The translations under genes were made by a program, and so were the position numbers. The notes beneath the pieces were generated by a model. That model saw only the letters and a list, made by a program, of their open reading frames with translations. It was not told where the DNA came from and searched no databases. From Limnothrix sp. BL-A-16 (GTDB lineage Bacteria > Cyanobacteriota > Cyanobacteriia > CACIAM-69d), in the NCBI GenBank assembly GCA_041937175.2, contig CP166615.1, positions 4,256,001 through 4,320,000 of the forward strand: DNA of 64,000 nt, written 5' to 3'. This document shows positions 33,632 through 44,291 of this stretch, piece by piece (position 1 is the stretch's first letter; each line of letters starts with the position of its first letter).

Positions 33632-35275
33632 CTATCGCGATTGGCGAGAGGCTGGGTTCGATCGATCCGGTTCAACGCCCGATCGCACCCAACATTCCAG
33701 CGTCGATCGCACCCGATCAAGGGGTTCCGTCCAACTGCCGGGCTGCGACTGCCGAAACAGGCGCATGGTGGGATACCAGGGCGTATCGGGGCGATCACGT
33801 AACCAACGCCAATCGGCCGCATAGGGCAGCAGCGTCCAAACCGGCTTCCCCATGGCCCCGGCCAGGTGGCAAATGGCCGTATCAACCGTGACGAGCAAAT
33901 CGATTTGCGCCAAAAAGGCGGCGGTGTCAGCAAAATCCTTGATTTGGGGAGCGAGGTCAACAATGCCCTGGGCAGCCAGGCGATCGGCTTCGGCCTCGGA
34001 GCGATCGACCTGGAAGCTGTAGAGCTGGACACCGGGCCATTGCAGGGCGATCGCCAACGGATCCAGGGCCATACACTTGCGGGCCGCATCTTTCATGTGC
34101 GGGCCGCTTTGCCAGACAATCCCCACCGCCAAGGCTTGGGAGGTTTGGCACGGGAGCGGGCGCTGATTCACCATTGGGGCGATCGGCCGCAGGTAAGGAA
34201 TTGGGGCGGGAATTTGCTCAACGGTGGTTCTCGCCAACCGAGGCAAGCTCAACAAAGACACATGGGCACGGTAAGGAATGTGGCAATCATCGCCCGCAAA
34301 GACCTGATCAACCCCCGCCACCGTTTCCATGAGCCGCACCAGCGACTGGGGACACCAGAGCACCACCCGATCGCACCGTTGCCGGGCCCAAGCCAGATAG
34401 CGGCTAAATTGCAGCGTATCCCCCAAGCCCTGCTCCGTCAGCACCAGCAACGTGCCCCTCATGGGCTGCCCATTCCATTCGGGGCCCGCCGCTTGCACCC
34501 AAGGATTTTGATCCGAATACCGCCGCCATTCGTAGGCCCGCCAACCCTCATCCCATCGCCCCAGGGAGAGTAAGCAAAGGGCATGGTTGAGGCGCAGGTG
34601 CGGATCTTCCGGCAGATGAATCAAGGCCTGCTCCGTGATGGCCAAGGCTTCCTCAAAACGGTTGTAGCGGGCGAGAAGTTGCCCCAGTTGGGCGGCAGCA
34701 TTACCCAATTCGGGATCACAGGCGAGGGCTTGCCGAAAGCATTGTTCTGCCTGCACAGGATCAGTGTCATCCCAGGCCAGTCCTTGCCAAAAGGCGATCG
34801 CGGCCTGTTGTTTGGGAGCCAGTTGCTGAATGGTTTTCGGGAGTGGGTGTTGGCGTAACCAGGCGAGCCAAGGTTCTAGGCCTGCTTGCTCTGTCCAAAC
34901 TTCTCCAAGGGTGGGATAGGTTTCAGGGAGTTCAGGATCCTGGGCGAGGGCTGTTTTTAACGATCGCAGGGCCGTTTCCCGATCGCCCCGATCGATTGCC
35001 AGCAATCCGGCGTAGTAATGGGCGATTCCCAATTGTGGATCCAGGCGCAAAGCCAAGGCCAGGGCCCGTTCTGCCGATTGGGTGGCTTGGGTGGCTCGAT
35101 AGGTGGCGCAAAGGTTCACATACAGACCCGCCCAATGGGGATCCTGCTGAATGCCTTGCTGGTAGTGATGACGGGCGATTGACCATTGCTCAGCTCCTTG
35201 GGCCGCCAAGCCGGCCTGAAGCTGGGCGATCGCCTCGGGAGAATAGGCCAAAAGATGGCTGTGCGAGGATTGCAT
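33632..35275 (-). CDS. TPR-containing glycosyltransferase (GT9-like C-terminus)
   Basis: TPRs, then YEWR, EQGLGDTLQFSRY, VGIVWQSG, DFADTAA, VDTAICHLAGAMG, DWRW, PWYPTMRLFRQ. Confidence 0.9.
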   Translation of the reverse strand: MQSSHSHLLAYSPEAIAQLQAGLAAQGAEQWSIARHHYQQGIQQDPHWAGLYVNLCATYRATQATQSAERALALALRLDPQLGIAHYYAGLLAIDRGDRETALRSLKTALAQDPELPETYPTLGEVWTEQAGLEPWLAWLRQHPLPKTIQQLAPKQQAAIAFWQGLAWDDTDPVQAEQCFRQALACDPELGNAAAQLGQLLARYNRFEEALAITEQALIHLPEDPHLRLNHALCLLSLGRWDEGWRAYEWRRYSDQNPWVQAAGPEWNGQPMRGTLLVLTEQGLGDTLQFSRYLAWARQRCDRVVLWCPQSLVRLMETVAGVDQVFAGDDCHIPYRAHVSLLSLPRLARTTVEQIPAPIPYLRPIAPMVNQRPLPCQTSQALAVGIVWQSGPHMKDAARKCMALDPLAIALQWPGVQLYSFQVDRSEAEADRLAAQGIVDLAPQIKDFADTAAFLAQIDLLVTVDTAICHLAGAMGKPVWTLLPYAADWRWLRDRPDTPWYPTMRLFRQSQPGSWTEPLDRVRSTLECWVRSGVEPDRSNPASRQSR

Positions 35276-35335
35276 GGTTGCCAAGATTGAAAGCTTCCCA
35301 GATTCGGCGGCTCCCAGATTCAGAGTCTCCAAGCT

Positions 35336-36994
35336 TTAGAACTGACCGGACATCAGGGCCGATCGCACCTGCTGTAAGGGTTCCGACCAGTCACCAGGCT
35401 CGGTCTGCCGAAAGAGCCGCATGGTGGGATACCAGGGGGTATCGGGGCGATCGAGCAGCCAGCGCCAATCGGCCGCAAAACAGAGCAACGTCCAAACCGG
35501 CTTGCCCATTGCTCCGGCCAGATGACAGATGGCCGTGTCCACCGTGATCAGCAGGTCGAGTTGGGCCAAATAGGCCGCCGTGTCGGCAAAGTCTTTGATC
35601 TGCGGAGCCAGGTCAATGATTCCAAATTGAGCCAGGTGGGCCACATCCGCATCGGAGCGATCGACCTGCAAGCTGTAGAGTTGCACACCGGGCAAATTGA
35701 GGGCCGCCGCTAACTCCGGGAGACTGCTGGACTTTTGGCGATGGATGGCTTCTAGGCGATCGCCCGATCGAAACCCGCTGGCCCAAACAATCCCGACCCG
35801 GCGTTGATCCGGTTTCGGCAGTGGGAGCGGCGCGATCCCCTCGGTGGTGGCTGGAAACAGGTAAGGAATGGGAGCCGGGACGCGATCGACCGTGGTTTGG
35901 GTCAAGCGGGGCAGACTGGACAGGGGTAAATGGGTATTGAAGTGGAGGGTTTCGCAAACGCCATCGGTGACATATCCCGCTCCTGGAGCCGATCGCATCA
36001 CCCGTACCAGCGCTTTCGGGCAAAGCAGAATCACCGTTTGGCAGCGATCGGCAACCCACTGGAGGTAGCGGGCCCATTGCAGCGAGTCCCCAAAACCTTG
36101 GTCAGCCCAAATCAAAATCGTGCGATCGGGAATGGGGGTTCCGTCCCACTCCTGACCGGGCAAGTCCTGTTTGGTCATTTGTCCCGATCGCCACTGCCAC
36201 TCATTTTCCACAAACCCCTCCGCCCAGCGCCCCAGGGTGAGCCAACAGAGGGCCCGGTTGTGGCGCAACGTGCCATGATCCGGCCAGCGAGCACAGGCCG
36301 GCTCCAAAACCGCCAGGGCCTCCGTCAGGCGGCGCTGTTCCGCCAGGATCAGGCTGAGTTGAATGTGGGGCGGTTGGTAGGTCACCTCGTCGGCGATCGC
36401 CCGTCGTAACCAAGTTTCCGCCGTTGCCAAATCCCCATCGAAATAATGTTTGAGGCCTTGCCAATAGCCGATCGCCGCGCGATCGAAGGAGGGTAAATTG
36501 CGCCAAGTATCAGGTAGGGGGCGCGATCGCACCCAATCCATCAACTCGGGAAACTGATCCCGATTGTTTAACCGATGGGCAGCGGCTACGTAGAGGGCTG
36601 CGGACTCAGGAATGTGATCCAAAAGATGGTGGCAGGCTTGAATGGCCTGGGTTTGATCGGCCCAATCCAACAAGGCTAACCAATTGCGCACTCCGATGGC
36701 GCTGTGCGGATCCAGTCGCAGCGCTTGGGCACAGGCCTGGCGGGCGGCGGCCATCTTGCCCAATCCCTTCAGGGCTGCCGCTAGGTTGATATAAACGCCG
36801 GGAATTGCTGGATCCAACCGCAGGGCCGCCCGATAGCCGGTCAGGGCGATCGACCAGTCCGCTGCTGCCAGGGCTTGGTTTGCTTGTTGGGCCAGGGCGA
36901 TCGCCTGATCTTGGAAGCTGCCTGTCACCGCCGTGGTCTCCTGATCTTCGACGCTCTTTGATGCAATCTGTGGCGAAGCAAAATTATTTAGCAA
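35336..36994 (-). CDS. TPR-containing glycosyltransferase (GT9-like C-terminus), paralogue; start uncertain
   Basis: TPRs, DQGFGDSLQWARY, VGIVWASG, DFADTAA, VDTAICHLAGAMG, PWYPTMRLFRQ. Confidence 0.9.
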   Translation of the reverse strand: MLNNFASPQIASKSVEDQETTAVTGSFQDQAIALAQQANQALAAADWSIALTGYRAALRLDPAIPGVYINLAAALKGLGKMAAARQACAQALRLDPHSAIGVRNWLALLDWADQTQAIQACHHLLDHIPESAALYVAAAHRLNNRDQFPELMDWVRSRPLPDTWRNLPSFDRAAIGYWQGLKHYFDGDLATAETWLRRAIADEVTYQPPHIQLSLILAEQRRLTEALAVLEPACARWPDHGTLRHNRALCWLTLGRWAEGFVENEWQWRSGQMTKQDLPGQEWDGTPIPDRTILIWADQGFGDSLQWARYLQWVADRCQTVILLCPKALVRVMRSAPGAGYVTDGVCETLHFNTHLPLSSLPRLTQTTVDRVPAPIPYLFPATTEGIAPLPLPKPDQRRVGIVWASGFRSGDRLEAIHRQKSSSLPELAAALNLPGVQLYSLQVDRSDADVAHLAQFGIIDLAPQIKDFADTAAYLAQLDLLITVDTAICHLAGAMGKPVWTLLCFAADWRWLLDRPDTPWYPTMRLFRQTEPGDWSEPLQQVRSALMSGQF

Positions 36995-37011
36995 AACTAT
37001 TTAAGGAATTA

Positions 37012-37154
37012 GGGTCTGTCGTCATTTCCTGGAGTCAAGCGAAAACAGTTGATTTTCCTTGCCCCAATCGTTTTAACAAGGGGCTGAAGCCCCTTGCCCC
37101 TCACGATCTCGCCACGGTGGAATCAGGGTTTTGGGTGAAATGACGACAGGCCCC
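37012..37154. mobile_element. MITE family B, copy 2 (inverted relative to copy 1)
   Basis: TA-GGGTCTGTCGTCATTTC...GAAATGACGACAGGCCC(C)-TA; internal ACAAGGGGCTGAAGCCCCTTG. Confidence 0.88.
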
Positions 37155-37192
37155 TAAGCCCCTAAAGTGTTTAAAGCGCAGGACGTAAAGAC

Positions 37193-38554
37193 TTAGAGAA
37201 TGCCGCGACCCGTGAGAATTTCCCGAACTTCCAGCATGGCGGAATAGGTGGGCAGGACGTAGAGGGTTTCGCCGTCGGGCAGTCGATCGAGGGCGTTTTG
37301 GATGGCGGCCTTGAGGGTGGTTTCCACCGAAAGGGTGGCGGGCCCGGCGGGGCGATCGGAGTCGCTGTAGGCCAACCGCAGGGCCATGTCATAGGCCCGA
37401 TCGCCACTAACCACCAGCGTGGCCCCCGTGGCCACCAGCCCTTCCGTGTCTGCATCCCAAATCCAAGACACATCGGTTCCATCCGGCGTGCGATCGTTCA
37501 ACACCAGTAACACCGTGGGTGGAAAGGGGCGATCGCGCGTCAGCTCCACCACCGTTCGTAGGGTTTCATTGGTGCCCACCGGGTTTTTAGAGAGCAAAAT
37601 TTGCACTGATTTTCCCTGCACTGTCAGGGATTCCGCCCGGCCAAAAGCCGCTTGAAAATTGCGAATGGCCGCCTGAATGGGTGCTTCTCCAATACCCAGG
37701 GCTTGGGCGGTGGTGGCGGCGGCCATCGCGTTGTATTGGTTATAGATGCCCACCAATAGTTGGGGCCAGTCGCGGCTATTCAGCAACGGGCGCGATCGAG
37801 CAAAACCGCAACTGGGACAGTGATAATCGCCCAAATGGGATAGATAAACGCCTTCGTAGGTCAAAGAGTGACCACAGTTGGGGCAATAGATGGAATCAAC
37901 GGCGTGGGGAATTTCCGATAAGAATCGCTCCGGTTCACTGAGGCCAAAGTAGCGAACGCGGGCCAGATCTTCCCACTGGGCTTCCAACTGTTGCCCAAAG
38001 TGGCAAAGGGTGGGGTCATCGGCGCTCAACACGGCGATCGTGTGGGAGAGCGGGGCGATCGCCCGTTCCCAGCGGCGAGCAATCGTGTCCACCTCGCCGT
38101 AGCGATCGAGCTGGTCACGAAACAAATTCATGGCCAACAAGATTCGCGGCCGAATTTGCGGTAGCACCTTGGGCAGGACATTTTCATCCACTTCCAAGAT
38201 CGCAAAGTCCCGATCGAGCCGACCCAGCCAATTAGCATCCGCCAGCAAAGCCGCCGTCAGTCCATTTTCCAGGTTGGCCCCTGTGGCGTTGTGGGTCACC
38301 CGATAGCCCTGGTTTTCTAAAATGCTGCGCAGCAGCAGGGCCGTGGTGGTTTTGCCGTTCGTTCCGGCCACCAAAATCGCGCCCTGTTTCACCTGAGCTG
38401 CTAACAGAGCCAAGGCATTGGGCTGAATCTTGCGGGCAATGCTTCCGGGCAAAACACTCCCGGCCCCGCGCCGCAGCAACCGCACGGCCAGGGCGATCGC
38501 CCGAGCGGCCATCACTGCCGCTGCTAGTCGCAAATTGTCGATTGCGCCCGCCAT
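37193..38554 (-). CDS. murT: MurT-like Mur ligase (DUF1727)
   Basis: AGTNGKTTT, GANL, LEVDE, NLFRDQLDRYGE, CPNC/CPSC zinc ribbon, KNPVG, DGTDVSWIWD, PTYSAML. Confidence 0.92.
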   Translation of the reverse strand: MAGAIDNLRLAAAVMAARAIALAVRLLRRGAGSVLPGSIARKIQPNALALLAAQVKQGAILVAGTNGKTTTALLLRSILENQGYRVTHNATGANLENGLTAALLADANWLGRLDRDFAILEVDENVLPKVLPQIRPRILLAMNLFRDQLDRYGEVDTIARRWERAIAPLSHTIAVLSADDPTLCHFGQQLEAQWEDLARVRYFGLSEPERFLSEIPHAVDSIYCPNCGHSLTYEGVYLSHLGDYHCPSCGFARSRPLLNSRDWPQLLVGIYNQYNAMAAATTAQALGIGEAPIQAAIRNFQAAFGRAESLTVQGKSVQILLSKNPVGTNETLRTVVELTRDRPFPPTVLLVLNDRTPDGTDVSWIWDADTEGLVATGATLVVSGDRAYDMALRLAYSDSDRPAGPATLSVETTLKAAIQNALDRLPDGETLYVLPTYSAMLEVREILTGRGIL

Positions 38555-38685
38555 GAACCCCTGTCCGCAAAACCCCCGCTATCCTACCACCCGGCGGCTG
38601 GGCCCCTGCGCGGGAAACTGCGCACCTGAGAGGATGCCTGAACAGCCCAATTAAAGCCAAATGTATTGATACGCCGCTTGCCCCA

Positions 38686-39630
38686 CTAATTCGATTCAGA
38701 AGCTTCCGAGTCCCGAGACTCAGCTTCCCCAGTCCAAATTTGTTCGGCAGGCGGCGTTAACCACCAGGCCAAGCCACCTAAGCCGGTTTCCGCCAGCACA
38801 CTCACCAATCGATAGCTAGCCACGCTGGCCAACAGGGCCGCCGGATTGACGATCGACCCCAACAGGGCGATCGCCGCCGCCTCAAAAACCCCAACCCCGC
38901 CGGGCGCACCGGGCACGACCAACCCCAGCAACCAGGCCAAGCCAAACCCACTGGCCAACCGAGGCAAATCCAGAGGATTAATGGCACTAAAGGCCGCCAG
39001 AGCTGCCAAAAAACCTGCGCCCCGCCACAGCAAAAAGCCCGTTTCCCCCAACAACGGCCCGATCGGGTATTGGCTCAGTTGGGCCGGTTGGTGGTGGGGG
39101 TTGCTGTCGGTGGTTTGCAGTTTGCGGCGACCCAACCGTTGCAGCAGGGGATTCAAAATGCGGGGATGCACCGCTGCCAGCACCCCGATCGCCAGGGCCA
39201 ACTGCACTCCCCACCAAGCCCGATCGCTCGCCAAGACCCCCAACAACAGAGCCGCCACCGCCATCAGCAACGGCTCCAGCAACACACTGGCCGCCGCCAC
39301 AGGCCAAGCCACGCCTACCCGGCCCGCCGCTCGAATTCGGCCGTAAAAATGCCACACATTCCCCGGCAAATACTTGGCCACATTGGTCACCAGATAGGTG
39401 CGCAACACCCAGCCGAGTGGGGCCGATCGCCCAAAGGCTCGCAACAGCCAGCCCCACACCACCGCTGACCACAGATGCGCCGCCGCCGTCAGCCCCAACG
39501 ACAGGGCCAGCCAGCCCCACCCTTGGGCCGTTAACCGCAAGGTGGCAACTTCCGCCGCCCGATCGAGCAGCGTTTTCAGCAAAAAAGCAAGGACTAGCCC
39601 CAAGACCAGCCAGCGGCCAAATTTCTTCAA
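38686..39630 (-). CDS. UPF0104 / lysylphosphatidylglycerol-synthase-TM-like membrane protein
   Basis: Multi-TM; AKYLPGNVW, PGAPGGVGVFE, YRL motifs. Confidence 0.82.
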   Translation of the reverse strand: MKKFGRWLVLGLVLAFLLKTLLDRAAEVATLRLTAQGWGWLALSLGLTAAAHLWSAVVWGWLLRAFGRSAPLGWVLRTYLVTNVAKYLPGNVWHFYGRIRAAGRVGVAWPVAAASVLLEPLLMAVAALLLGVLASDRAWWGVQLALAIGVLAAVHPRILNPLLQRLGRRKLQTTDSNPHHQPAQLSQYPIGPLLGETGFLLWRGAGFLAALAAFSAINPLDLPRLASGFGLAWLLGLVVPGAPGGVGVFEAAAIALLGSIVNPAALLASVASYRLVSVLAETGLGGLAWWLTPPAEQIWTGEAESRDSEASESN

Positions 39631-39792
39631 AGGGGTTCAACCACAACTGAGATCGTCATCAACAAGATAGCCACCAAATAGTCAACCATCAGACAAGCAT
39701 TGGAGATAACAATCTGATCTCAATCCTTAAAGCATTCGATCGCGATATTCAACGAGACAATCCCTGAGGCATGGTGGGCTAGTCCATGGGGA

Positions 39793-40239
39793 TTACGCGC
39801 TGCGGGCCAGGAGTGCCGCCAACAACGGAAGACCCATCCAACCCACCAGCTCAATCCGAATTAGCCAAGAGAGCCACTGAAATTGCGTTTGACCCAGTTG
39901 GGGAACCTTGCCCTCCCGCAAGCTGCCAATCCAAGACACAAAGGAAATGGTTGGGTAAATGGACAAGGCCCCGACCAAGAGAAATAGGCCAACTTTGGTA
40001 TAGAAAATGGGGTTGCCAAGGTAATAGTCAGCACCTTTGCCAAAATAAATGACCCGCAACGCTCCGGTGAATAAAACCAAAGAGGCGGAGATGCCATAGA
40101 TCACATCAGCAATCAAAATTCGCCAAGCTTCCGCGATCGAGAGTTCTTTTTTGAGAGTCAACAGTTCCACCGCCACGGCCCCAAAGGCCAACATAAAGCT
40201 GAGGTAATGGAAATAGGCAGTAATTGCGCTGGGCCACAT
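39793..40239 (-). CDS. DUF2214-family membrane protein
   Basis: AYFHYL...DVIYG...TGALR...KGADYY.GNP.F..K...SIYPT. Confidence 0.82.
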   Translation of the reverse strand: MWPSAITAYFHYLSFMLAFGAVAVELLTLKKELSIAEAWRILIADVIYGISASLVLFTGALRVIYFGKGADYYLGNPIFYTKVGLFLLVGALSIYPTISFVSWIGSLREGKVPQLGQTQFQWLSWLIRIELVGWMGLPLLAALLARSA

Positions 40240-40353
40240 GGTGATGGGGGTGAGTTTTCAAAGGGCAGGAACAGGACAATTCCAGCAAAATAATCAAGCG
40301 CGATCGCCTCAATCAAAACAATTCCAGCAAAGCAATCAAGCGCGATCACCTAA

Positions 40354-40479
40354 GAGGATGCCTGAAAAGCCAAAATTGCTACTCTGTACGCCCCAGGGAT
40401 CGACTTAGACAAGATGCTCAAGCCCCTTCCACGACTATTGGTGCTTGCCCGTGCCAAAGAATACTTTTCAGACATCCTC
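40354..40479. mobile_element. MITE family A, copy 3 (126 bp)
   Basis: TAA-GAGGATGCCTGAAAAG...CTTTTCAGACATCCTC-TAA. Confidence 0.92.
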
Positions 40480-40659
40480 TAAGGCCAATGGCGATCCAGA
40501 TTAATCAGCAGCAATCAAGGCCGATCAAGACTAATTCGTGACTAGCTGATCAAGATTAATGCGTGACTAGATAGCGATCGAATTGGTTCTTTGCTGGGCA
40601 AGAGGTTGAACCATCGCAGCAGAATTCTAGTTGAACCGGTGCTCAACATTGAAAGGGCA

Positions 40660-41214
40660 CTATACCCACCAGGGTTTTGTGCCAGTGCGAGGGTCAGCTT
40701 CCGTCCAAGGGGTGAGAGCGATGTGGTCACCCAGAATCGTCACTTGCACCACTTTGAGAGGTAAGGGAGCTGGCCCGCGCAGCACGCTGCCATCGGCCGC
40801 ATACCGAGAGCCGTGGCAGGGACATTGGAACTCTGCATCATTGGGATTCCAGGGAAAGGTACAGCCCAGGTGCGTGCAGGAGTTGACTAGTCCGATCGGG
40901 TCGAGCTGTTGGGCTTCGTTCACCACCAAATAAGTTGGCTCCCCGGCCAACCCAGCCACCAGGGCCCGGCTCCCCGGTGGTTCTGCCAAGATTTGTGCCG
41001 CTGGAATCAGGTTACCCAGGCTGTCTTTGGCCAAAACGCCACCGTTGTCGCCCAAGCTTTCGCGAGGAGGCATCAGGAATTGGCTGGCGGGGTAGAGCAT
41101 GGAACTGGCTGTGGTAGCCACAGCAGCCCCAGTGAGGAAGTTCAGAAAACGTCGTCGGGAGGGAGAGGGCGGATCAAGCGGTAGATCAAAATTAAGCGGC
41201 AGACTGTGATCCAT
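40660..41214 (-). CDS. petC: Cytochrome b6f Rieske iron-sulfur protein (secondary copy, not linked to petA)
   Basis: Tat-like [42 protein letters not shown]. Confidence 0.92.
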   Translation of the reverse strand: MDHSLPLNFDLPLDPPSPSRRRFLNFLTGAAVATTASSMLYPASQFLMPPRESLGDNGGVLAKDSLGNLIPAAQILAEPPGSRALVAGLAGEPTYLVVNEAQQLDPIGLVNSCTHLGCTFPWNPNDAEFQCPCHGSRYAADGSVLRGPAPLPLKVVQVTILGDHIALTPWTEADPRTGTKPWWV

Positions 41215-41557
41215 GATGACGAGTCCGGTTGGATATACATCTCTTAATATAGCCAAATAACTATTTAGTTGTTAATCGAATTGCCAAAGCAGAATCCAAA
41301 TTGTTGGGTTGGGTTCCCAAAAATTGCGGTTGGTGGGCTGTTGCTGGACGAATCTCTGAGGGTGGATTGCCGATTGCTTGTCCAATCGAGTAAGCCGGTG
41401 AATGCAGGTGTCGAATGGGGTGGGGCTGTTCCAAAATGGGGTTTTCTGGGTGTTCCGCAGCGGTTGCGGGGCCGGAAAAACCGGAAACCGAGGCCGATCG
41501 CGCCTTGGCAACCCTCATTCGCGGCCGGTTTCGACCCCAACTTTCCCCACGTTTTAA

Positions 41558-42529
<972 letters not shown>

Positions 42530-42662
42530 GGGACGATCGGGGGGCAATTGCTGAACTGGCTGAGGGGTGCGGGTTTCGCGATCGAGCGGTGGGGTCGTCA
42601 CCCTCGACGCTGCCCGATCGCCCCTGTCAAGATGAGAGGCAATCACGCGGCAGGATAGCGCC

Positions 42663-42965
42663 ATGAACATCTCCCCCAGCGCCCTTTACGGTTGGTATCG
42701 CGACACGATTCGGAATCCGAAATATCGCCTCTGGATTGTGGCGGGCACGCTGGTGTATCTCCTCAGCCCGATCGATATTGCGCCGGACTTTCTGCCGATC
42801 GCGGGCCAATTGGATGATTTGGCGATCGTGACCTTGCTGATTGCAGAGTTGTCGCAAATCGCGATCGAGTGGTTTAAAAATCGCCCCACGGTGAAGTCCG
42901 CTCCGGCGGCCACGGTGGCTGACTCCACGGTGGATGTGAACGCCGTCAAGATGGACGGTCAATAA
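42663..42965 (+). CDS. YkvA/DUF1232-family protein
   Basis: YLLSPIDIAPDFLPIAGQLDD. Confidence 0.9.
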   Translation: MNISPSALYGWYRDTIRNPKYRLWIVAGTLVYLLSPIDIAPDFLPIAGQLDDLAIVTLLIAELSQIAIEWFKNRPTVKSAPAATVADSTVDVNAVKMDGQ

Positions 42966-43093
42966 TGAAATGATCAGTAGTGATCGGTGGCCGTAGGTTT
43001 GCTTGATTGATGTGGCTTAGTTAATGTGGCTTGGCTAATTTGCTGGGTTAATTGAGATGGTGGTGGGTTAATCAACGGCTGCATCAGGTTGCC

Positions 43094-43639
43094 TTAGTCA
43101 TCAAGCCAGAGGGCTGGATCTTGATGCAGGGCCAACAGGATCGATCGATGGGGTGTACCGATCGGGCGCATCTGTTGCAAACGGGGCGACCAACATTCCC
43201 CCGCTTCCAAGTCGGCGATCGTGCCCCAAGCCAAATCCTGCCCTTCGTTGAGTTCTAACTCCGTGAGCGGCACGGTCAGCAACCCATGGAAGAAAAAATG
43301 CTGGCGGCCGCTGTCTTGCAAGGTCGATCGAAACGGACTTAACCGGGGCGGCACAAAGCCAATTTCCTCTTGCAATTCCCGCCGCAGACCCGCTTCGGGC
43401 GCTTCGCCGGCCTCCAGGTGTCCGCCAAACAGGCCCCAGTGACCGGGATAGAGAATGTGGGGAAAATCATCCCGCAGTTGCAACAGGAATCGATCGCGCG
43501 AGGGAGGATAGAGCAACGCCAGGGCCACGGCTTCCATTCCTGATCCAGTGCCTGTTTCAGTACCTGGGGATGAACTGTCCCCGTTTGGCTCAGATCCTGA
43601 TGGGAATCTGGGGCTTGGGCTGGGGTCTGATGGACGCAT
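43094..43639 (-). CDS. NUDIX hydrolase; start may be the internal ATG
   Basis: LLQLRDD...WGLFGGHLEAGEAPEAGLRRELQEEIG (Nudix box). Confidence 0.92.
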   Translation of the reverse strand: MRPSDPSPSPRFPSGSEPNGDSSSPGTETGTGSGMEAVALALLYPPSRDRFLLQLRDDFPHILYPGHWGLFGGHLEAGEAPEAGLRRELQEEIGFVPPRLSPFRSTLQDSGRQHFFFHGLLTVPLTELELNEGQDLAWGTIADLEAGECWSPRLQQMRPIGTPHRSILLALHQDPALWLDD

Positions 43640-43646
43640 GGATAGT

Positions 43647-44078
43647 TCAAGGCTCCTCGATCGCGTAAAGTTCGCCCATCTCCTGCTGCCCCACTTGAAT
43701 CGGTTGATAGCGAAGCGAGGCCTTGAGTTTCACCACTTGCCCTAGCTCAAGCTCGGTTCGATCGCCCTGAGACAGCACCCAAATCCAGCCCGTTGGATCT
43801 TCAATTCGGTAAATGCGGCCGTCGAGCAGGGGCACCCGTTCGACGGCTTTGCCTTGGATGTAGACCGATCGCCCATTGAGCGACGAAGCCGGTTGTTGTT
43901 TTAACTCCCCGATCGCAACGGTTGGCGTGCAGCCCACCATTAACCAGGTGAACCCTAGAACTAACCCATGCCACCCCTTGTTTTTTTGTCCTTTTGGCCG
44001 TGGTGGAACGGGTGGAGCCAAACGCCGCAATATCTGAGACATGAGCTGCTGAGACATTGCCGGTATGGTGATTTTCAA
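43647..44078 (-). CDS. Hypothetical lipoprotein, OB-fold-like
   Basis: LMVGC lipobox-like site; VYIQGK...YRIEDPTGWIWV; co-oriented with the NUDIX gene, 7-bp gap. Confidence 0.65.
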   Translation of the reverse strand: MKITIPAMSQQLMSQILRRLAPPVPPRPKGQKNKGWHGLVLGFTWLMVGCTPTVAIGELKQQPASSLNGRSVYIQGKAVERVPLLDGRIYRIEDPTGWIWVLSQGDRTELELGQVVKLKASLRYQPIQVGQQEMGELYAIEEP

Positions 44079-44291
44079 TCAGATCCTGTTGCTCGTTATG
44101 GTTGCGCAAGCGGGCCCTCAGTGACCACGATTCTTAACTTTAACTTTTGCATTGGCTGCTTCATGGGTTTTCACATGGGTTGACGAAGTCGTTGAGGTGC
44201 GGAAAATCCTTTAGATTTTGACGCTGAAATGGTCAAAACGCATGATCAATTCTTTACAGTTTGAAGCGTTCTTCCTAGAATTTCTCCCCTC

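Noticed and set aside
33589..34089. N-terminal extension of the listed 435-aa gatD ORF
   Set aside because: Overlaps the TPR-GT gene in another frame; GatD similarity starts only near 33588.
38629..38646. GAGGATGCCTGAACAG resembling a MITE A end
   Set aside because: Only one partial TIR; no matching internal sequence or opposite end.
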